From NCBI GenBank assembly GCA_037200965.1, contig JBBCGK010000001.1, positions 768,001 through 832,000 on the forward strand: a stretch of 64,000 bases of DNA, given 5' to 3'. Below, piece by piece: positions 63,474 to 64,000 of this stretch (position 1 is the first letter of the stretch; every line of letters starts with the position of its first letter). A model generated the notes under the pieces. It had not been told where the DNA came from. It did no database searches and was given only the letters and a program-made list of their open reading frames with translations. Origin of the DNA: a bacterium. Its GTDB lineage: Bacteria; Patescibacteriota; Minisyncoccia; Phycocordibacterales; Phycocordibacteraceae. The translations under genes and the position numbers were made by a program.

Positions 63474-64000
63474 ATGGTTCCAAGGAACCATATTGCCGTG
63501 GCCATAACTACTTCGCTAAAGACCGGTTTCCTCCTCCTCGTCCTTGCAGGGTTGCTGGTTGCGGGCACGGCGGCGCACGCGGCTCCGCGCGTCTCTCCGT
63601 ACGGACCGGGCGAAACGCTCGCGCCCGACTGCCTTCCGGGCGAGGCGAACTGCAGCGTGCACGTGTCGACGAGCGATATCGCCGAAGGGGCGAATGCTTA
63701 TTACAGCGACGCGCGCGTGCTCTCGTATCTCGATTCTCTCGACGCCAGCCGGTTCTTTTCGACGACCTCGGCCGAGTACCTCCTTTCGCAGGGCGGCAGC
63801 GCCTCGTTCTCAAATGCGAGCATCACGAATGCCACGACGACGAACCTGTTTGCTTCGAACCTGACGCTTGGCACGCTCACGGGGTTTCTGAGGGCGACTG
63901 CGGGGGTGGTTGCGACGGCGCTCGTGAACCTGGCGTCGGACGTAACGGGCATATTGCCGATCGCAAACGGCGGCACGGGCAATCCGGCGGGCGGAACAAC
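63474..64000 (+). CDS. Third large surface / fibre-like protein paralog (N-terminal part; continues beyond the window).
   Basis: Signal peptide (LKTGFLLLVLAGLLVAGTAAHAAP). AAHAAPRVSPYGPGETLAPDCLPGEANCSV is paralogous to AAHAAWDGNPYEPEETLDPECSPNQGQCRI of 8292..11282, followed by LPIANGGTG-type repeats. The frame is open to the window end. Confidence 0.6.
   Translation, partial: MVPRNHIAVAITTSLKTGFLLLVLAGLLVAGTAAHAAPRVSPYGPGETLAPDCLPGEANCSVHVSTSDIAEGANAYYSDARVLSYLDSLDASRFFSTTSAEYLLSQGGSASFSNASITNATTTNLFASNLTLGTLTGFLRATAGVVATALVNLASDVTGILPIANGGTGNPAGGT

Overview
This is a high-GC bacterial chromosomal window carrying lower-GC islands. Coordinates for tRNAs, terminators and hairpins were hand-counted from the printed sequence and may be off by a few nt (up to about 10). 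CDS coordinates follow the supplied ORF track, trimmed to the first plausible ATG/GTG where the track clearly over-extends the N-terminus.

The genetic code is standard: TGA is used as a stop codon and a release factor 2 gene is present. Five tRNAs are present: Met-CAT, Asp-GTC, Thr-GGT, Thr-CGT and Gln-CTG.

Core genes are prfB, ftsE, ftsX, pyrG, a class II fructose-bisphosphate aldolase, a glutathione S-transferase, three ABC transporter loci, two sensor histidine kinases plus a lone CheY-like receiver, and a voltage-gated K+ channel. One ABC substrate-binding protein is fused to a C-terminal OmpA domain.

Accessory content I consider most interesting:
- Three paralogous giant Gly/Thr/Ser-rich surface 'fibre' proteins that end in a phage-tail-fibre-type S74 intramolecular chaperone domain: 1..3105 (5' partial), 8292..11282, and 63474..end (3' partial).
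- The second fibre gene sits in a translationally coupled cluster with three small 'signal peptide + beta-sandwich + C-terminal TM anchor' proteins and a Cache-only membrane protein. An M23 peptidase converges on the first fibre gene.
- A tight seven-gene, same-strand operon at 56283..60285 with nucleotide-metabolism character: a P-loop NTPase (THEP1-like) fused to a SWIM zinc finger, a PNPOx-like FMN-binding protein, a CYTH protein, a NUDIX hydrolase, a GrpB nucleotidyltransferase-fold protein, a VOC/PhnB-like protein and an unknown.
- A second CYTH paralog at 27664..28248, flanked by two divergent nucleoside-diphosphate-kinase-like paralogs. One of them lacks the catalytic histidine.
- A lower-GC island inserted at tRNA-Gln. 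It carries a Type III restriction-modification pair (mod/res), a truncated sppA remnant, a DUF2726-like protein, metabolic genes and an HD-domain protein, and ends at an IS481-family transposase.
- A low-GC HTH + LAGLIDADG-like ORF whose 3' end overlaps the 5' end of tRNA-Met.
- A bacterial peptidase G1 (eqolisin-like) next to a GH18-like hydrolase.
- A decayed NYN-domain pseudogene.
- A perfect 19-bp palindromic hairpin between convergent genes.
- A small three-way-junction RNA-like element plus terminator upstream of the K+ channel.

No CRISPR array was seen. All domain assignments rest on motif recognition from memory, not on database searches.
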